This document shows, in pieces, positions 53,578 to 63,150 of a stretch of DNA of 64,000 bases (positions within the stretch are counted from its first letter, which is position 1; each line of letters starts with the position of its first letter). Both the position numbers and the translations under genes were made by a program. The notes under the pieces are model-generated. The model was not told where the DNA came from. It was given only the letters and a program-made list of their open reading frames with translations, and did not search any database. The DNA is from Flavobacteriales bacterium (GTDB lineage Bacteria > Bacteroidota > Bacteroidia > Flavobacteriales_D > Sanyastnellaceae): assembly GCA_002862785.1 (NCBI GenBank), contig PKDZ01000015.1, positions 13,716-77,715 on the forward strand. The letters are read 5' to 3'.

Positions 53578-54548
53578 CGTTTGCGGGAGGTGGTGAATTC
53601 GACCAGTTCCGCCAGAGCGGCACGGGCAGGAGACTCTGGCAGCGCGTTGAGCATGGCCACGGCCCGGTCTCGATGCTCGGCCATCTTGGATTCGGCATAG
53701 GCGATGCCTGGGCCGGACTGGATGTCTTCGAGAAGCCGAGCGGCGACCTCGGGCCTGTCCGCGCTCCGCTTGATGTCCCGGATCATGCTCCGCCTCCGGC
53801 TTCCGGTCTGCTGCTGAAGGGTGTGGATGAGCGGCAGGGTCATCTTGCGCTCTTTCAGGTCGCCCCCCTTGGGCTTGCCGGTGGCACTGGTCGGCGCGAA
53901 GTCGAGCAGGTCATCCTTGATCTGGAAGGCGATGCCGACAGCCTCTCCGAAGGCCCGCATGTGCTCTACACGGTCTTCGTCAGCTCCGGCGCTCGCCGCC
54001 CCGGCCGCACAGCAGGCCGCAATGAGGGAAGCCGTCTTGCGCCGGATGATGTCGAAGTAGACCTCCTCGGTGATGTCCAGTCGGCGCGCCTTTTCAATCT
54101 GGAGCAGTTCCCCCTCGCTCATTGATTCCACGGCGCGGGAGGTGATGCGGAGCAGGTCGACAGCGTCCTGCTCCATCGAGATGAGCAGTCCTCGGGAGAG
54201 CAAGTAGTCTCCGACAAGCACAGCAATCTTGGACTTCCAGAGGGCATTGATCGAAAAGAACCCACGGCGGGTTTCGGCGCGATCCACCACGTCGTCGTGG
54301 ACGAGGGTGGCCGTGTGGAGCAGCTCAATGAGGGTGGCGGCCACGTGGCTGCGGTCAGTGGAGCCTCCGCAGGCCTGAGCCGAGAGGTAGACGAGCATCG
54401 GCCGCATCTGCTTGCCCCGGCTTTTGACGATGTACCGTGTGATGTGGTCGAGAAGCGGCACGGAGGTCCGCATGGCCTCCTTGAAGCACCCCTGGAATTC
54501 CCGCATCTCGCGGGCCACCGGTTGACGTATCGACGCGAGGTCGGCCAT
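53574..54548 (-). CDS. ispB: Polyprenyl diphosphate synthase (IspB-like)
   Basis: First and second Asp-rich motifs (LVHDDVVD, FQIKDDLLD). I chose ATG 54548 so that it does not overlap divergent yicC. Confidence 0.85.
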   Translation of the reverse strand: MADLASIRQPVAREMREFQGCFKEAMRTSVPLLDHITRYIVKSRGKQMRPMLVYLSAQACGGSTDRSHVAATLIELLHTATLVHDDVVDRAETRRGFFSINALWKSKIAVLVGDYLLSRGLLISMEQDAVDLLRITSRAVESMSEGELLQIEKARRLDITEEVYFDIIRRKTASLIAACCAAGAASAGADEDRVEHMRAFGEAVGIAFQIKDDLLDFAPTSATGKPKGGDLKERKMTLPLIHTLQQQTGSRRRSMIRDIKRSADRPEVAARLLEDIQSGPGIAYAESKMAEHRDRAVAMLNALPESPARAALAELVEFTTSRKR

Positions 54549-54612
54549 GGACGCGAAGGTACCGTCCAGACCGTCTGGAATGCCGGGCGGGGTCACGGGT
54601 GTATTTTGCGGC

Positions 54613-55503
54613 ATGATCCTGTCCATGACCGGCTACGGAAAGGCCGAGGCGCACATCGGCGCGCGCAAATACACGGTGGAGATCCGGTCGCTCAACGGCA
54701 AGGGCCTCGACCTGTCCGTCCGCATGCCGTCTCGGTTCCGTCCTCATGAGATGGGTCTCCGCAAGCAGGTGGGCCAAGCTGTGGGCCGCGGCAAGTCCGA
54801 CCTTCTCATCCATTTTGAATCCGACGCGTCCGACGTCCGCCATGAGGTCAACACCGGATTGGTCCAGCAGTACGTCGACCAATTGACACCGCTGTTCGAG
54901 GCCAATGGCGTTCCGGCAAGCCATGTGGAGGGCCGGTTGCAGCAGTTCCAGTCGGCCCTGCGCTTTCCCGACGTGGTCAGTGCGACCAAGGACACCTTGG
55001 AAGAGGGCGAATGGGAGGCCCTGCGGGCCCTCGTCACGTCGGCATCGGAGCAATTCATCGCCTACCGGACCCAGGAAGGCGCCGTCCTCGAGGAGGACTT
55101 TCGCAAGCGGGTGGGGGCCATCGAGGCGCTGCGCGGTGAATTGAAGCCCTTGCTTGAGGCGCGGTCCGAGCGGACGCGCTCCCGCCTCCGGGAACACCTC
55201 GAAGCGGATTTGCCACGGGACCGGATCGATGAGAACCGGTTCGAACACGAGCTCATCTTCTACATGGAAAAACTGGATGTGACCGAGGAGCTCGTCCGGC
55301 TCGAAGCCAATTGTGCCTATTTCCTGGAGATGCTCGATGCGGATTCGGGCCAGGGCAAGAAGCTCGGTTTCATTGCCCAGGAGATTGGCCGCGAGATCAA
55401 CACCCTCGGCAGCAAATGCCAGGATGCCGGCATGCAACGCCTCGTCGTGCAGATGAAGGATGAACTGGAGAAAATCAAGGAGCAGGTCTTGAACGCACTG
55501 TGA
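54613..55503 (+). CDS. yicC: YicC/YloC-family endoribonuclease
   Basis: Starts MILSMTGYGKA. Contains SLNGKGLDLSVRMP and C-terminal EIGREINTLGSK...KDELEKIKEQVLN. Confidence 0.85.
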   Translation: MILSMTGYGKAEAHIGARKYTVEIRSLNGKGLDLSVRMPSRFRPHEMGLRKQVGQAVGRGKSDLLIHFESDASDVRHEVNTGLVQQYVDQLTPLFEANGVPASHVEGRLQQFQSALRFPDVVSATKDTLEEGEWEALRALVTSASEQFIAYRTQEGAVLEEDFRKRVGAIEALRGELKPLLEARSERTRSRLREHLEADLPRDRIDENRFEHELIFYMEKLDVTEELVRLEANCAYFLEMLDADSGQGKKLGFIAQEIGREINTLGSKCQDAGMQRLVVQMKDELEKIKEQVLNAL

Positions 55504-56114
55504 TGAACACCTCCGGAAACGGCACCCCCACTTCCCCCGGCAAGGCCATGGCATTTTGCGCTCCATCGGGGGCAGGCAAAACCACCCTCGTCCGCAGGCT
55601 GATGGCCGAGCGGCCCGATGTGGCCTTTAGCGTGAGCGCGACCAACCGGCCGCCGCGAGGGGCTGAGCGGGATGGGGTGGACTATCACTTCCTCTCCACG
55701 GAGGTGTTCCAACAGCGCGTCGAAGCCGGGGACTTCCTCGAATGGGAGGAGGTCTATGACGGCCGGTTCTACGGGACCCTGCGCGAAGCGGTGGATTCCG
55801 TCTGGAATGCCGGGAAGCATGTCGTGTTCGATGTGGACGTCGAGGGCGGCATCCGGCTCAAGGACATCCTCGGCGACCGACTTCGGTCCGTTTTCGTGAG
55901 CCCGCCATCCATCGAGGTGTTGGAGGACCGACTCCGGAAGCGGGCAACGGACAGCGAGTCCGAGATTGAGCGCCGACTCGCCAAGGCCGAGCGGGAAATG
56001 GGACGGGCCAGTCGGTTTGATGTCATCCTCGTCAACGACGACCTCGAAACGGCGTGCGGAGACCTGTCGAGAATGGCGGCCGAATTCCTCGGGCCGCAAC
56101 GCGTGGAGGCATGA
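55503..56114 (+). CDS. gmk: Guanylate kinase
   Basis: Contains APSGAGKTTLVRRL (P-loop), SATNRPPRGAERDGVDYHF and EWEEVYDGRFYGT. The start overlaps the yicC stop. Confidence 0.9.
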   Translation: MNTSGNGTPTSPGKAMAFCAPSGAGKTTLVRRLMAERPDVAFSVSATNRPPRGAERDGVDYHFLSTEVFQQRVEAGDFLEWEEVYDGRFYGTLREAVDSVWNAGKHVVFDVDVEGGIRLKDILGDRLRSVFVSPPSIEVLEDRLRKRATDSESEIERRLAKAEREMGRASRFDVILVNDDLETACGDLSRMAAEFLGPQRVEA

Positions 56115-56719
56115 ACATCGGGCTGTACTTCGGGTCCTTCAATCCCATCCACACCGGGCATCTCATCATTGCCCAGCACATGCTCACGCACCACGGCCTC
56201 GATGAGGTCCGCTTCGTGGTCACGCCACACAATCCCATGAAGGCCGCGTCCGATTTGGCGCCAGAGGCCGATCGCCTCGAGATGGTGCGGCGGACGGTCG
56301 CCAACAACCCCCGGCTCCAGGCCGAGGATGTGGAATTCGGCCTTCCCCGACCGAACTACACGGCCCACACCATGGATTTTCTGGCCCGCCGGCATCCCGA
56401 AACCACGTTTCGCATCATCATCGGGGAGGACAACTTGCGCACCCTGCAACAATGGGCACGGTGGAAAGAGCTGGTCGACCGCTATGGATTTCTGGTCTAC
56501 CCCCGGGCCCAGAGTGAGGGGGAGTCGGTCAGCGTGGAGGGGACGGTCAGCCCGGACGGTGAACACATCGTGATGAGCCCGGCTCCCATCATCAGCATCT
56601 CGAGCACGTACCTCCGCTCGGCGCTGTCCAAAGGAGATTCGGCACGGTACCTGTTGCCTGACGCAGCGGCTGACGTGATTCGGGAACGCGGCCTCTACGG
56701 CCACCCTGTCCACGGCTGA
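56111..56719 (+). CDS. nadD: Nicotinate-nucleotide adenylyltransferase
   Basis: Starts MNIGLYFGSFNPIHTGHL and contains ISSTYLRSAL. The ATG overlaps the gmk stop (ATGA). Confidence 0.9.
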   Translation: MNIGLYFGSFNPIHTGHLIIAQHMLTHHGLDEVRFVVTPHNPMKAASDLAPEADRLEMVRRTVANNPRLQAEDVEFGLPRPNYTAHTMDFLARRHPETTFRIIIGEDNLRTLQQWARWKELVDRYGFLVYPRAQSEGESVSVEGTVSPDGEHIVMSPAPIISISSTYLRSALSKGDSARYLLPDAAADVIRERGLYGHPVHG

Positions 56720-56744
56720 CCTCGAGCCCCACTTCAGGTCGGAG

Positions 56745-57308
56745 TCATGTGTTGTTGAAGGCGCTCATCGTGCGCTGCAGGCCCACGAAGGCGAAGCTGT
56801 GCATGAGCCCAATGACCTTGTCGAGTCGCTCCTCCATGGCCACTTCTTCCTCAGCTGAGAACGAACCGAGCACATGGTCGACCTGTCGGCCCGGTCCGAA
56901 TTCGGCTCCGACCCCAAAGCGGAGGCGGGGATAGGCCGAGGTTCCGAGTACCGATTGGATGTCCTTGAGTCCGTTGTGCCCTCCGTCGCTTCCCTTGCCG
57001 CGCAGGCGGAGGGTGCCGAAAGGGAGGTGGATGTCGTCGGTGACGACCAACAGACGGTCGAGCCCAAGCTTCTCGGCGTCTAGCCAGTGCCGGACGGCCT
57101 TGCCGCTGAGGTTCATGAAGGTGGAGGGCTTGAGAAGCACAAGCTGCCGGCCGCGGTGCCGGCACCGCGCCACATCACCCAGCCGATCCGCCTTGAATTC
57201 GACCTCGCTCTTCCGGGCGAGGGCGTCCAAGGCCATGAAGCCGATGTTGTGGCGCGTGCGGGCATACTCGGCCCCGGGATTCCCGAGGCCGACCAGCAGG
57301 TACTTCAT
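56745..57308 (-). CDS. pth: Peptidyl-tRNA hydrolase
   Basis: Starts MKYLLVGLGNPGAEYARTRHNIGF and contains GSDGGHNGLKDI. Confidence 0.95.
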   Translation of the reverse strand: MKYLLVGLGNPGAEYARTRHNIGFMALDALARKSEVEFKADRLGDVARCRHRGRQLVLLKPSTFMNLSGKAVRHWLDAEKLGLDRLLVVTDDIHLPFGTLRLRGKGSDGGHNGLKDIQSVLGTSAYPRLRFGVGAEFGPGRQVDHVLGSFSAEEEVAMEERLDKVIGLMHSFAFVGLQRTMSAFNNT

Positions 57309-57320
57309 GCAGGAGGGGGA

Positions 57321-57953
57321 TTACTCCTCGCCGCCAGCCGCCTCGGCACCAGCCTCAGCGCCTTCGGCCACCTCAGCACCTTCCTCCTCGCCTGCAGCAG
57401 CAGACATGGCGGCACGGGTGCGGCGGACTCCAAGGATCACGGCAGACTCGTTGAGCGGAATCTGGCATCCCTCAACACTCAGCTCACCCACGCGGATGGA
57501 GTCACCGATGTCGAGGTCGCTGATGTCCAACATCACGGTCTCGGGAATCTGGTCGGCCAGACCCACCACCGGAAGGCGGCGGTAGACGACGTGGAGACGT
57601 CCGCCATTCCGGACACCCACGCTCGCACCTTCCGTGCTGACCGGGAGCTTGACCCGAATCGGCTTGTCCGGGAAGACCTGGAGCAAGTCGATGTGGACGA
57701 TGCGGTCGGTAACAGGGTGGAATTGAATGTCCTGGACGATGCAGTCATGCGTCGTGCCACTGACTTCGAATTGGAAACGGTACGTATCCGGTGTGAAGAT
57801 CAGCTTGTTCAGCTGGACCTCGTTCACGTGGAAATGAACCTGCTCGGAGCCGCCGTAGAGCACCCCAGGGACGAGTCCCTTGGCGCGCAGACCGGCTGCA
57901 TCCTTCTTCCCTACGCTCTCGCGAGGAGAGCCGCTCAATGAAGCAGTTTTCAT
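57321..57953 (-). CDS. rplY: 50S ribosomal protein L25 / general stress protein Ctc
   Basis: Contains GLRAKGLVPGVLYGG and HPVTDRIVHIDL, with an acidic Ala/Glu-rich C-terminal tail. Confidence 0.9.
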   Translation of the reverse strand: MKTASLSGSPRESVGKKDAAGLRAKGLVPGVLYGGSEQVHFHVNEVQLNKLIFTPDTYRFQFEVSGTTHDCIVQDIQFHPVTDRIVHIDLLQVFPDKPIRVKLPVSTEGASVGVRNGGRLHVVYRRLPVVGLADQIPETVMLDISDLDIGDSIRVGELSVEGCQIPLNESAVILGVRRTRAAMSAAAGEEEGAEVAEGAEAGAEAAGGEE

Positions 57954-57962
57954 GGTGTTGAT

Positions 57963-58907
57963 TTAGGTGATGAGAAAATGCGAACTGATGCTCTCGTTCT
58001 GGACCAGGCACCGAATGACGGTGGAAAACAGGTCCGAACAACCGAGCACGGTAATCTTGTCGGTGGGCTTGTCGTCGCGCAGCGGAATGCTGTCGGTCAC
58101 GACGAGTTCGGTGAGGGCGCTGTCCGCAATCCGCTCATAGGCGGGTCCGGAAAGCACAGGGTGGGTGCAGACGGCGCGAACGCTGGCGGCGCCATGCTCC
58201 TTCATCAGGCCGGCAGCTTTGGTCAACGTTCCGGCGGTGTCGCAGATGTCGTCGACGAGCACCACGTCTTTCCCTTCCACGTCTCCGATGACCCGCATGC
58301 TGTCCACCTGGTTGGCGACCTTTCGCTGCTTGTAGCAAATGGCCATGTCCACGCCGAGGTACTTGGCAAAGGCGTTGGCTCGCTTCGTACCGCCCGTGTC
58401 CGGTGTGGCAATCAGCAAGTTGTCCGTGTTCATCGACTCGAGGTAGGGCAGGAACACCGCCGAACCGTAGAGGTGGTCGACTGGCACCTCGAAAAAGCCC
58501 TGGATCTGGTCGGCGTGCAAGTCCATGGTGATGACCCGGTCCACACCTGCTGCGGTCAGCATGTTGGCGATGAGCTTGGCACCGATGGCCACCCGGGGCG
58601 CGTCCTTCCGGTCCTGACGTGCGAAGCCGAAGTAGGGAATGACGGCGACGATGCGCTTGGCAGAGGCTCGTTTTGCGGCGTCGATGAGCATCAACAGCTC
58701 CATCAGGTTGTCGGACGGGGGAAACGTGCTCTGCACGATGACCACCTCCTTTCCGCGCACGGTCTCTTCGATGCTCACCCGGAACTCACCGTCACTGAAG
58801 ACCGTGTGCTTGACGTTGCAGAGCGGCTCCCCGTAGCCCATGGCGATGCGGGAACCGAGGTCCTGTGACGCGGAACCGGCGAGAATACGGAGGGGAGAGT
58901 CGTGCAT
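57963..58907 (-). CDS. prs: Ribose-phosphate pyrophosphokinase
   Basis: Contains FSDGEFRV, IPYFGFARQDRK, DLHADQIQGFF and VLVDDICDTAGTL. Confidence 0.95.
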   Translation of the reverse strand: MHDSPLRILAGSASQDLGSRIAMGYGEPLCNVKHTVFSDGEFRVSIEETVRGKEVVIVQSTFPPSDNLMELLMLIDAAKRASAKRIVAVIPYFGFARQDRKDAPRVAIGAKLIANMLTAAGVDRVITMDLHADQIQGFFEVPVDHLYGSAVFLPYLESMNTDNLLIATPDTGGTKRANAFAKYLGVDMAICYKQRKVANQVDSMRVIGDVEGKDVVLVDDICDTAGTLTKAAGLMKEHGAASVRAVCTHPVLSGPAYERIADSALTELVVTDSIPLRDDKPTDKITVLGCSDLFSTVIRCLVQNESISSHFLIT

Positions 58908-58927
58908 GAGCGCTCGTTCGAGGGGGG

Positions 58928-58935
58928 CAAAGATA
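58928..58935 (-). promoter_or_regulatory. Candidate Bacteroidota -7 promoter element (TATCTTTG) upstream of prs
   Basis: The reverse complement of caaagata is an exact TAnnTTTG match, ending 20 nt upstream of the prs ATG at 58907. Confidence 0.45.
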
Positions 58936-58977
58936 GTTCGGGGATGGATGCCGTGGAACCGCCTGTAATTTTACAGC

Positions 58978-60294
58978 ATGCAGCAGAGACGCACGACGAT
59001 CTTGGTGGTGGGCATGGGGGGACTCCTCGTGGGCCTGCTCGCCCTGCAGTTCAGCTGGATTCGGGCGCTCGTGGAGGCCCGGAGCGCCCTGTTTGACGAG
59101 CAGGCTCGGACGGCCTTGGTGGAAGTGCAATCGATTCTGGCCTTGAGTCCCGCCTCATTTCCGGCACCCCCTTCTGCAGGGTTGGCTCCGTCTTCGGGAC
59201 CGATGGCCGACAGTCTCGCTTTGGTCCGGGCGGAAGCTGCCGAACGGCGGGAACAGGCCATGGGTTTGGCTGACAGCCTGTTTCGGGCCGTACTGGACAA
59301 CCGCAACGTGGACTTCGAATTCCGTTCGGCCTTGCTGGACCGGTATGGCCGACCGGTCTTCCTGAGGGATGAGGATGTCGAGCTGCTCGACCGGTTCCAG
59401 GAAGAGGGCTACCGGATTTCCGCTGGCGATGCCCGGGCGCTGCAGGAGGTCCAGCTCTACACCGTGCACTTCCCGGGCAAGAACTTCAAGCTGGCTGGGA
59501 ACATGTGGGTGGAACTGACCGCCAATCTGGTCCTCATGATTGTGTTGGTCTTCTTCACGGTCTATGCGACGAATGGGTTGCGCAAGGCCGAGCGTCTGAA
59601 CCGCCTGAAGAGCGACCTCATCAACAACATGACCCACGAGCTCAAGACGCCGATCTCCACCATCGGACTGGCGGGTGAGGCCCTGCTGGATCCGGCCATG
59701 GCAGCCGATGCAGACAATGTGCGCTATTACGTGAATCTGATCCGATCGGAGAACAAACGGCTGGGTCAGCTCGTGGAGAATGTGCTCCGGGCGGCCATGC
59801 TGGACCAGGGGGAACTCGAGCTGTTCCGTCAGCGGGTCAATTTCCATGACCTACTCAAGGAAGTCCTGCGCAACCACGCGATCCACATCAAGAAGCAGGG
59901 TGGAGCGACCGCGAGCCAGCTGGCGGCTACGGACCCCATCATCAACGGGGACCGCACGCATTTGATGAACGTCGTCTTCAATCTCGTGGACAACGCCATC
60001 AAATACGGAGGAGACTCTCCGCGCCTGACCGTGCGGTCGTGGAATGAGCCCAACGCGCTCCACGTGGCCTTTACCGACAATGGCATCGGAATCTCCCGCG
60101 AACACATTGGCAAGGTTTTTGACAAGCTGTATCGTGTGCCCACCGGGAATGTCCACGATGTCAAGGGCTTCGGCCTCGGCTTGAGTTACGTGCACGCTGT
60201 CATGCAGCAACATGGAGCCGAAATCGACGTTGTGAGTGTACCCGGGGAAGGCAGCACGTTCACACTGGTTTTTCCCCAATCGACCACCGCATGA
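58978..60294 (+). CDS. Two-component sensor histidine kinase
   Basis: Two TM segments. H-box MTHELKTPISTI, N-box NLVDNAIKYG and G-boxes DNGIGI / GFGLGLSYV. Confidence 0.85.
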   Translation: MQQRRTTILVVGMGGLLVGLLALQFSWIRALVEARSALFDEQARTALVEVQSILALSPASFPAPPSAGLAPSSGPMADSLALVRAEAAERREQAMGLADSLFRAVLDNRNVDFEFRSALLDRYGRPVFLRDEDVELLDRFQEEGYRISAGDARALQEVQLYTVHFPGKNFKLAGNMWVELTANLVLMIVLVFFTVYATNGLRKAERLNRLKSDLINNMTHELKTPISTIGLAGEALLDPAMAADADNVRYYVNLIRSENKRLGQLVENVLRAAMLDQGELELFRQRVNFHDLLKEVLRNHAIHIKKQGGATASQLAATDPIINGDRTHLMNVVFNLVDNAIKYGGDSPRLTVRSWNEPNALHVAFTDNGIGISREHIGKVFDKLYRVPTGNVHDVKGFGLGLSYVHAVMQQHGAEIDVVSVPGEGSTFTLVFPQSTTA

Positions 60295-60986
60295 AACAAC
60301 AGCTCGACATCCTGCTCTGCGAGGACGACCCGAACCTCGGTAAACTCCTGTCCGATTTCCTCACCCGCAAGGGGTACAATACCACTTGGGCCCAGGACGG
60401 GGCCGAGGGCGTGCGCAATTTCCGGGTCGGATCGTACGACTTTGTCATCCTCGATGTGATGATGCCCGTCAAGGATGGATACCAAGTCGCCGAGGAGATT
60501 CGGGGCCTCAATCGCCACGTGCCCATCCTCTTTCTCACAGCGAAAAGCCAGCGGGAGGACACCCTCCAAGGGTTCAAGGTGGGCGCGGATGACTACATGA
60601 CGAAACCGTTCTCGATGGACGAGCTGGAGGCCCGCATCGAGGCCATCCTGAGGCGCTCAGCCGCCTTGCCCGACACCGAGGATGAGGTCGGCGAGATGAC
60701 AATCGGCCTCTACACCTACGACTACAACCGCCAGGAATTGCGCAACGGAGACGAGGCCCAGAGGCTCACCACCAAGGAGAACGAATTGCTCTTCCTGCTC
60801 GCCAAGGCCAAGAATGCTCTGCTCGAGCGGGAGTATGCCCTGAACGCCATTTGGGGGGATGCGAACTACTTCAACGGGCGGAGCATGGACGTCTACATCG
60901 CGAAGCTGCGCAAGCACCTGAAGGCGGATTCTCGCGTGGAAATCCTCAACGTGCACGGCAAGGGCTTCAAGCTCATCGCCGACTGA
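60291..60986 (+). CDS. OmpR/PhoB-family response regulator
   Basis: Receiver domain (ILLCEDD...DFVILDVMMP...LTAK...DDYMTKPF). Winged-helix output domain (LTTKENELLFLLA...MDVYIAKLRKHL...GKGFKL). Overlaps the kinase stop (ATGA). Confidence 0.9.
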   Translation: MKQQLDILLCEDDPNLGKLLSDFLTRKGYNTTWAQDGAEGVRNFRVGSYDFVILDVMMPVKDGYQVAEEIRGLNRHVPILFLTAKSQREDTLQGFKVGADDYMTKPFSMDELEARIEAILRRSAALPDTEDEVGEMTIGLYTYDYNRQELRNGDEAQRLTTKENELLFLLAKAKNALLEREYALNAIWGDANYFNGRSMDVYIAKLRKHLKADSRVEILNVHGKGFKLIAD

Positions 60987-61059
60987 CGGATTCCAGGTTG
61001 TCAGCGGGGCGCGTGGGACGCGTCGCAAGCCCTACCTTCCCTTTCCGTTTTTCGCCCCC

Positions 61060-63144
61060 ATGATTCCGAAGGACACCGTCGACGCCATCATGCAGGCCAC
61101 CGTCATCGAAGAGGTGGTCGGTGAGTTCGTCCAGCTCAAGAAGAGCGGGACGAGCATGCGCGGGCTGAGTCCGTTCACCAACGAGAAGACGCCGTCCTTT
61201 TACGTCGTCCCAGGCAAGGGCATTTTCAAGGATTTCAGCTCCGGCAAGGGGGGCAGCGCTGTGACCTTCCTGATGGAGCACGAGAAGCTCTCTTATCCGG
61301 AAGCACTCCGTTGGCTCGCCAACAAATACGGCATCGAAATCGAGGAGCGGCAGCTCACCGCCGAGGAGCAAGCGGAGCAGACCGAGAGGGAAAGCCTCGC
61401 CAACCTCGCCACGTGGGCCCAGAAGTGGTTCCAGGAGCAGCTCCATGAGACGGGGGAAGGCAAGAGTGTGGGCCTCGGCTACTTCCGCCAGCGAGGCTTC
61501 GGGGATGCCACTTTGTCCGACTTTGCCATTGGCTACTGCCCGGACACGCCATGGGGCGAGGACGGTGCCTTGGCCCAAGCTGCGGGCAAGGCCGGCTATC
61601 AGGAGAAATGGCTCCTGTCGAGCGGACTGTGCAAGAAGCGCGAGGACGGGACCCTGTATGACTTTTATCGGGGCCGGGTGATGTTCCCCATCCGGGATGT
61701 GACGGGTCGCTTCATCGGATTTGGCGGCCGAACGCTGAAGACCGACAAGAAGGTCCCCAAGTATGTCAACAGCCCGGAGAGCCCGCTCTACGATAAGTCC
61801 CGGGCGCTGTACGGCATTCACCTCGCCCGCAATGCCATTGTCAAGGCGGATCGGGCCATCCTGGTCGAAGGCTACACCGATGTCATGGCGATGCGCCAGG
61901 CGGGCATCGAGCATGTGGTGGCCAGCTCCGGCACCGCCCTCACGGTCGAGCAGGTGCGTCTGCTGCGCCGGTTCAGCAAGAACATCACGATGCTCTTCGA
62001 CGGAGATCCGGCCGGTTTGCGCGCCGCCATCCGCGGGGTGGACATCGTGCTGGGAGAGGGGCTCGACGTCAAGGTGGCCGTCCTACCGGATGGCGAGGAC
62101 CCCGACACGTTTGCCAAGCTGATGGGCCAGGAGGAGCTCATGGCGTGGCTCGATGAGAACAGCCAGGACTTCATCCGCTTCAAGATTGATCTGCTCGACG
62201 AGGAGGCCCAAGGCGATCCGCTGAAGCGCACGGAGCTGGTTCGGAGCGTCGTCAAGAGCATCGCCGAGGTGCCCGACGAGCTGAAGCGCACGGTCTATGT
62301 GCAGGAAAGTGCCCGCCGGCTCGGCATGCAGGTCGACGACCTCTTGGCCGAACTCGGCCGCCAAGCGCGGAACCTCCTTGAGAAGAAGGCCAAAGCCCCA
62401 CTGCCTTCCCTGGCGCCGGAGGTGGACGCTCCCTTCAGCGCCCCCCGGCTGATCGGCCGAGTCGGCCGGGGAGGGCGCGAGGTGGACCTGCTCCGCCTGC
62501 TGCTTCAATATGGCCGCCATCATGTCACCGTGGAGGTGCCCCCCGAGGTCAAGGCCGAGCCAGCCGACAAAGACGGGAACGCTCAGGAACTGACCACCGA
62601 AGCGGCGGATGGCGCGGAGCCGTCCACGGTGGAAGTGACCCTTGCCGAGGTGCTCATCACCGAATTGGACAACATGGCCGTGGCCATCCGTCACCCTGTG
62701 GTGGACGGTGTTCTGCGGCATTTTCGGGAACAGATGGGGGAAGGCCACATTCCCGGTTTGGAGGATTTCGCCTCCTCCGAGACCGAGGTGGCCGAGCTGA
62801 TGGCGGATTTGGCCATTTCCGAATTCGGACTGAGCGAAAACTGGACCAAGCGTCACGGAATCCGCCCGGAGACGGAGGAGCAGAACCTGAAAGAAGCCAT
62901 GCGAGGCGCCCTGCTGAGGCTGATGCTGGACGAAGCCCATTTTGAGGGTGCCCGCATCACGCGGCGGCTGGCGGAGATGGCCGAGGATCCGTCCACGTCG
63001 GAGAATCCACTGGAAGAGGAAAGAGACCTGCTTCGCCGAAAAATGTCGGTGTCATCCCGGGTCTTCAAAATCTCCGAGCACTTCAAGACCGCCATTCTCA
63101 ATCCGGCCAAAGAGGACATCGAGTCGGCCGGCTCTCGGCCGTGA
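61060..63144 (+). CDS. dnaG: DNA primase
   Basis: Zinc-binding region (GLSPFTNEKTPSFYVVP), the RNA polymerase core and a TOPRIM domain (ILVEGYTDVMA...MLFDGDPAG). Confidence 0.95.
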   Translation: MIPKDTVDAIMQATVIEEVVGEFVQLKKSGTSMRGLSPFTNEKTPSFYVVPGKGIFKDFSSGKGGSAVTFLMEHEKLSYPEALRWLANKYGIEIEERQLTAEEQAEQTERESLANLATWAQKWFQEQLHETGEGKSVGLGYFRQRGFGDATLSDFAIGYCPDTPWGEDGALAQAAGKAGYQEKWLLSSGLCKKREDGTLYDFYRGRVMFPIRDVTGRFIGFGGRTLKTDKKVPKYVNSPESPLYDKSRALYGIHLARNAIVKADRAILVEGYTDVMAMRQAGIEHVVASSGTALTVEQVRLLRRFSKNITMLFDGDPAGLRAAIRGVDIVLGEGLDVKVAVLPDGEDPDTFAKLMGQEELMAWLDENSQDFIRFKIDLLDEEAQGDPLKRTELVRSVVKSIAEVPDELKRTVYVQESARRLGMQVDDLLAELGRQARNLLEKKAKAPLPSLAPEVDAPFSAPRLIGRVGRGGREVDLLRLLLQYGRHHVTVEVPPEVKAEPADKDGNAQELTTEAADGAEPSTVEVTLAEVLITELDNMAVAIRHPVVDGVLRHFREQMGEGHIPGLEDFASSETEVAELMADLAISEFGLSENWTKRHGIRPETEEQNLKEAMRGALLRLMLDEAHFEGARITRRLAEMAEDPSTSENPLEEERDLLRRKMSVSSRVFKISEHFKTAILNPAKEDIESAGSRP

Positions 63145-63150
63145 AACCAC

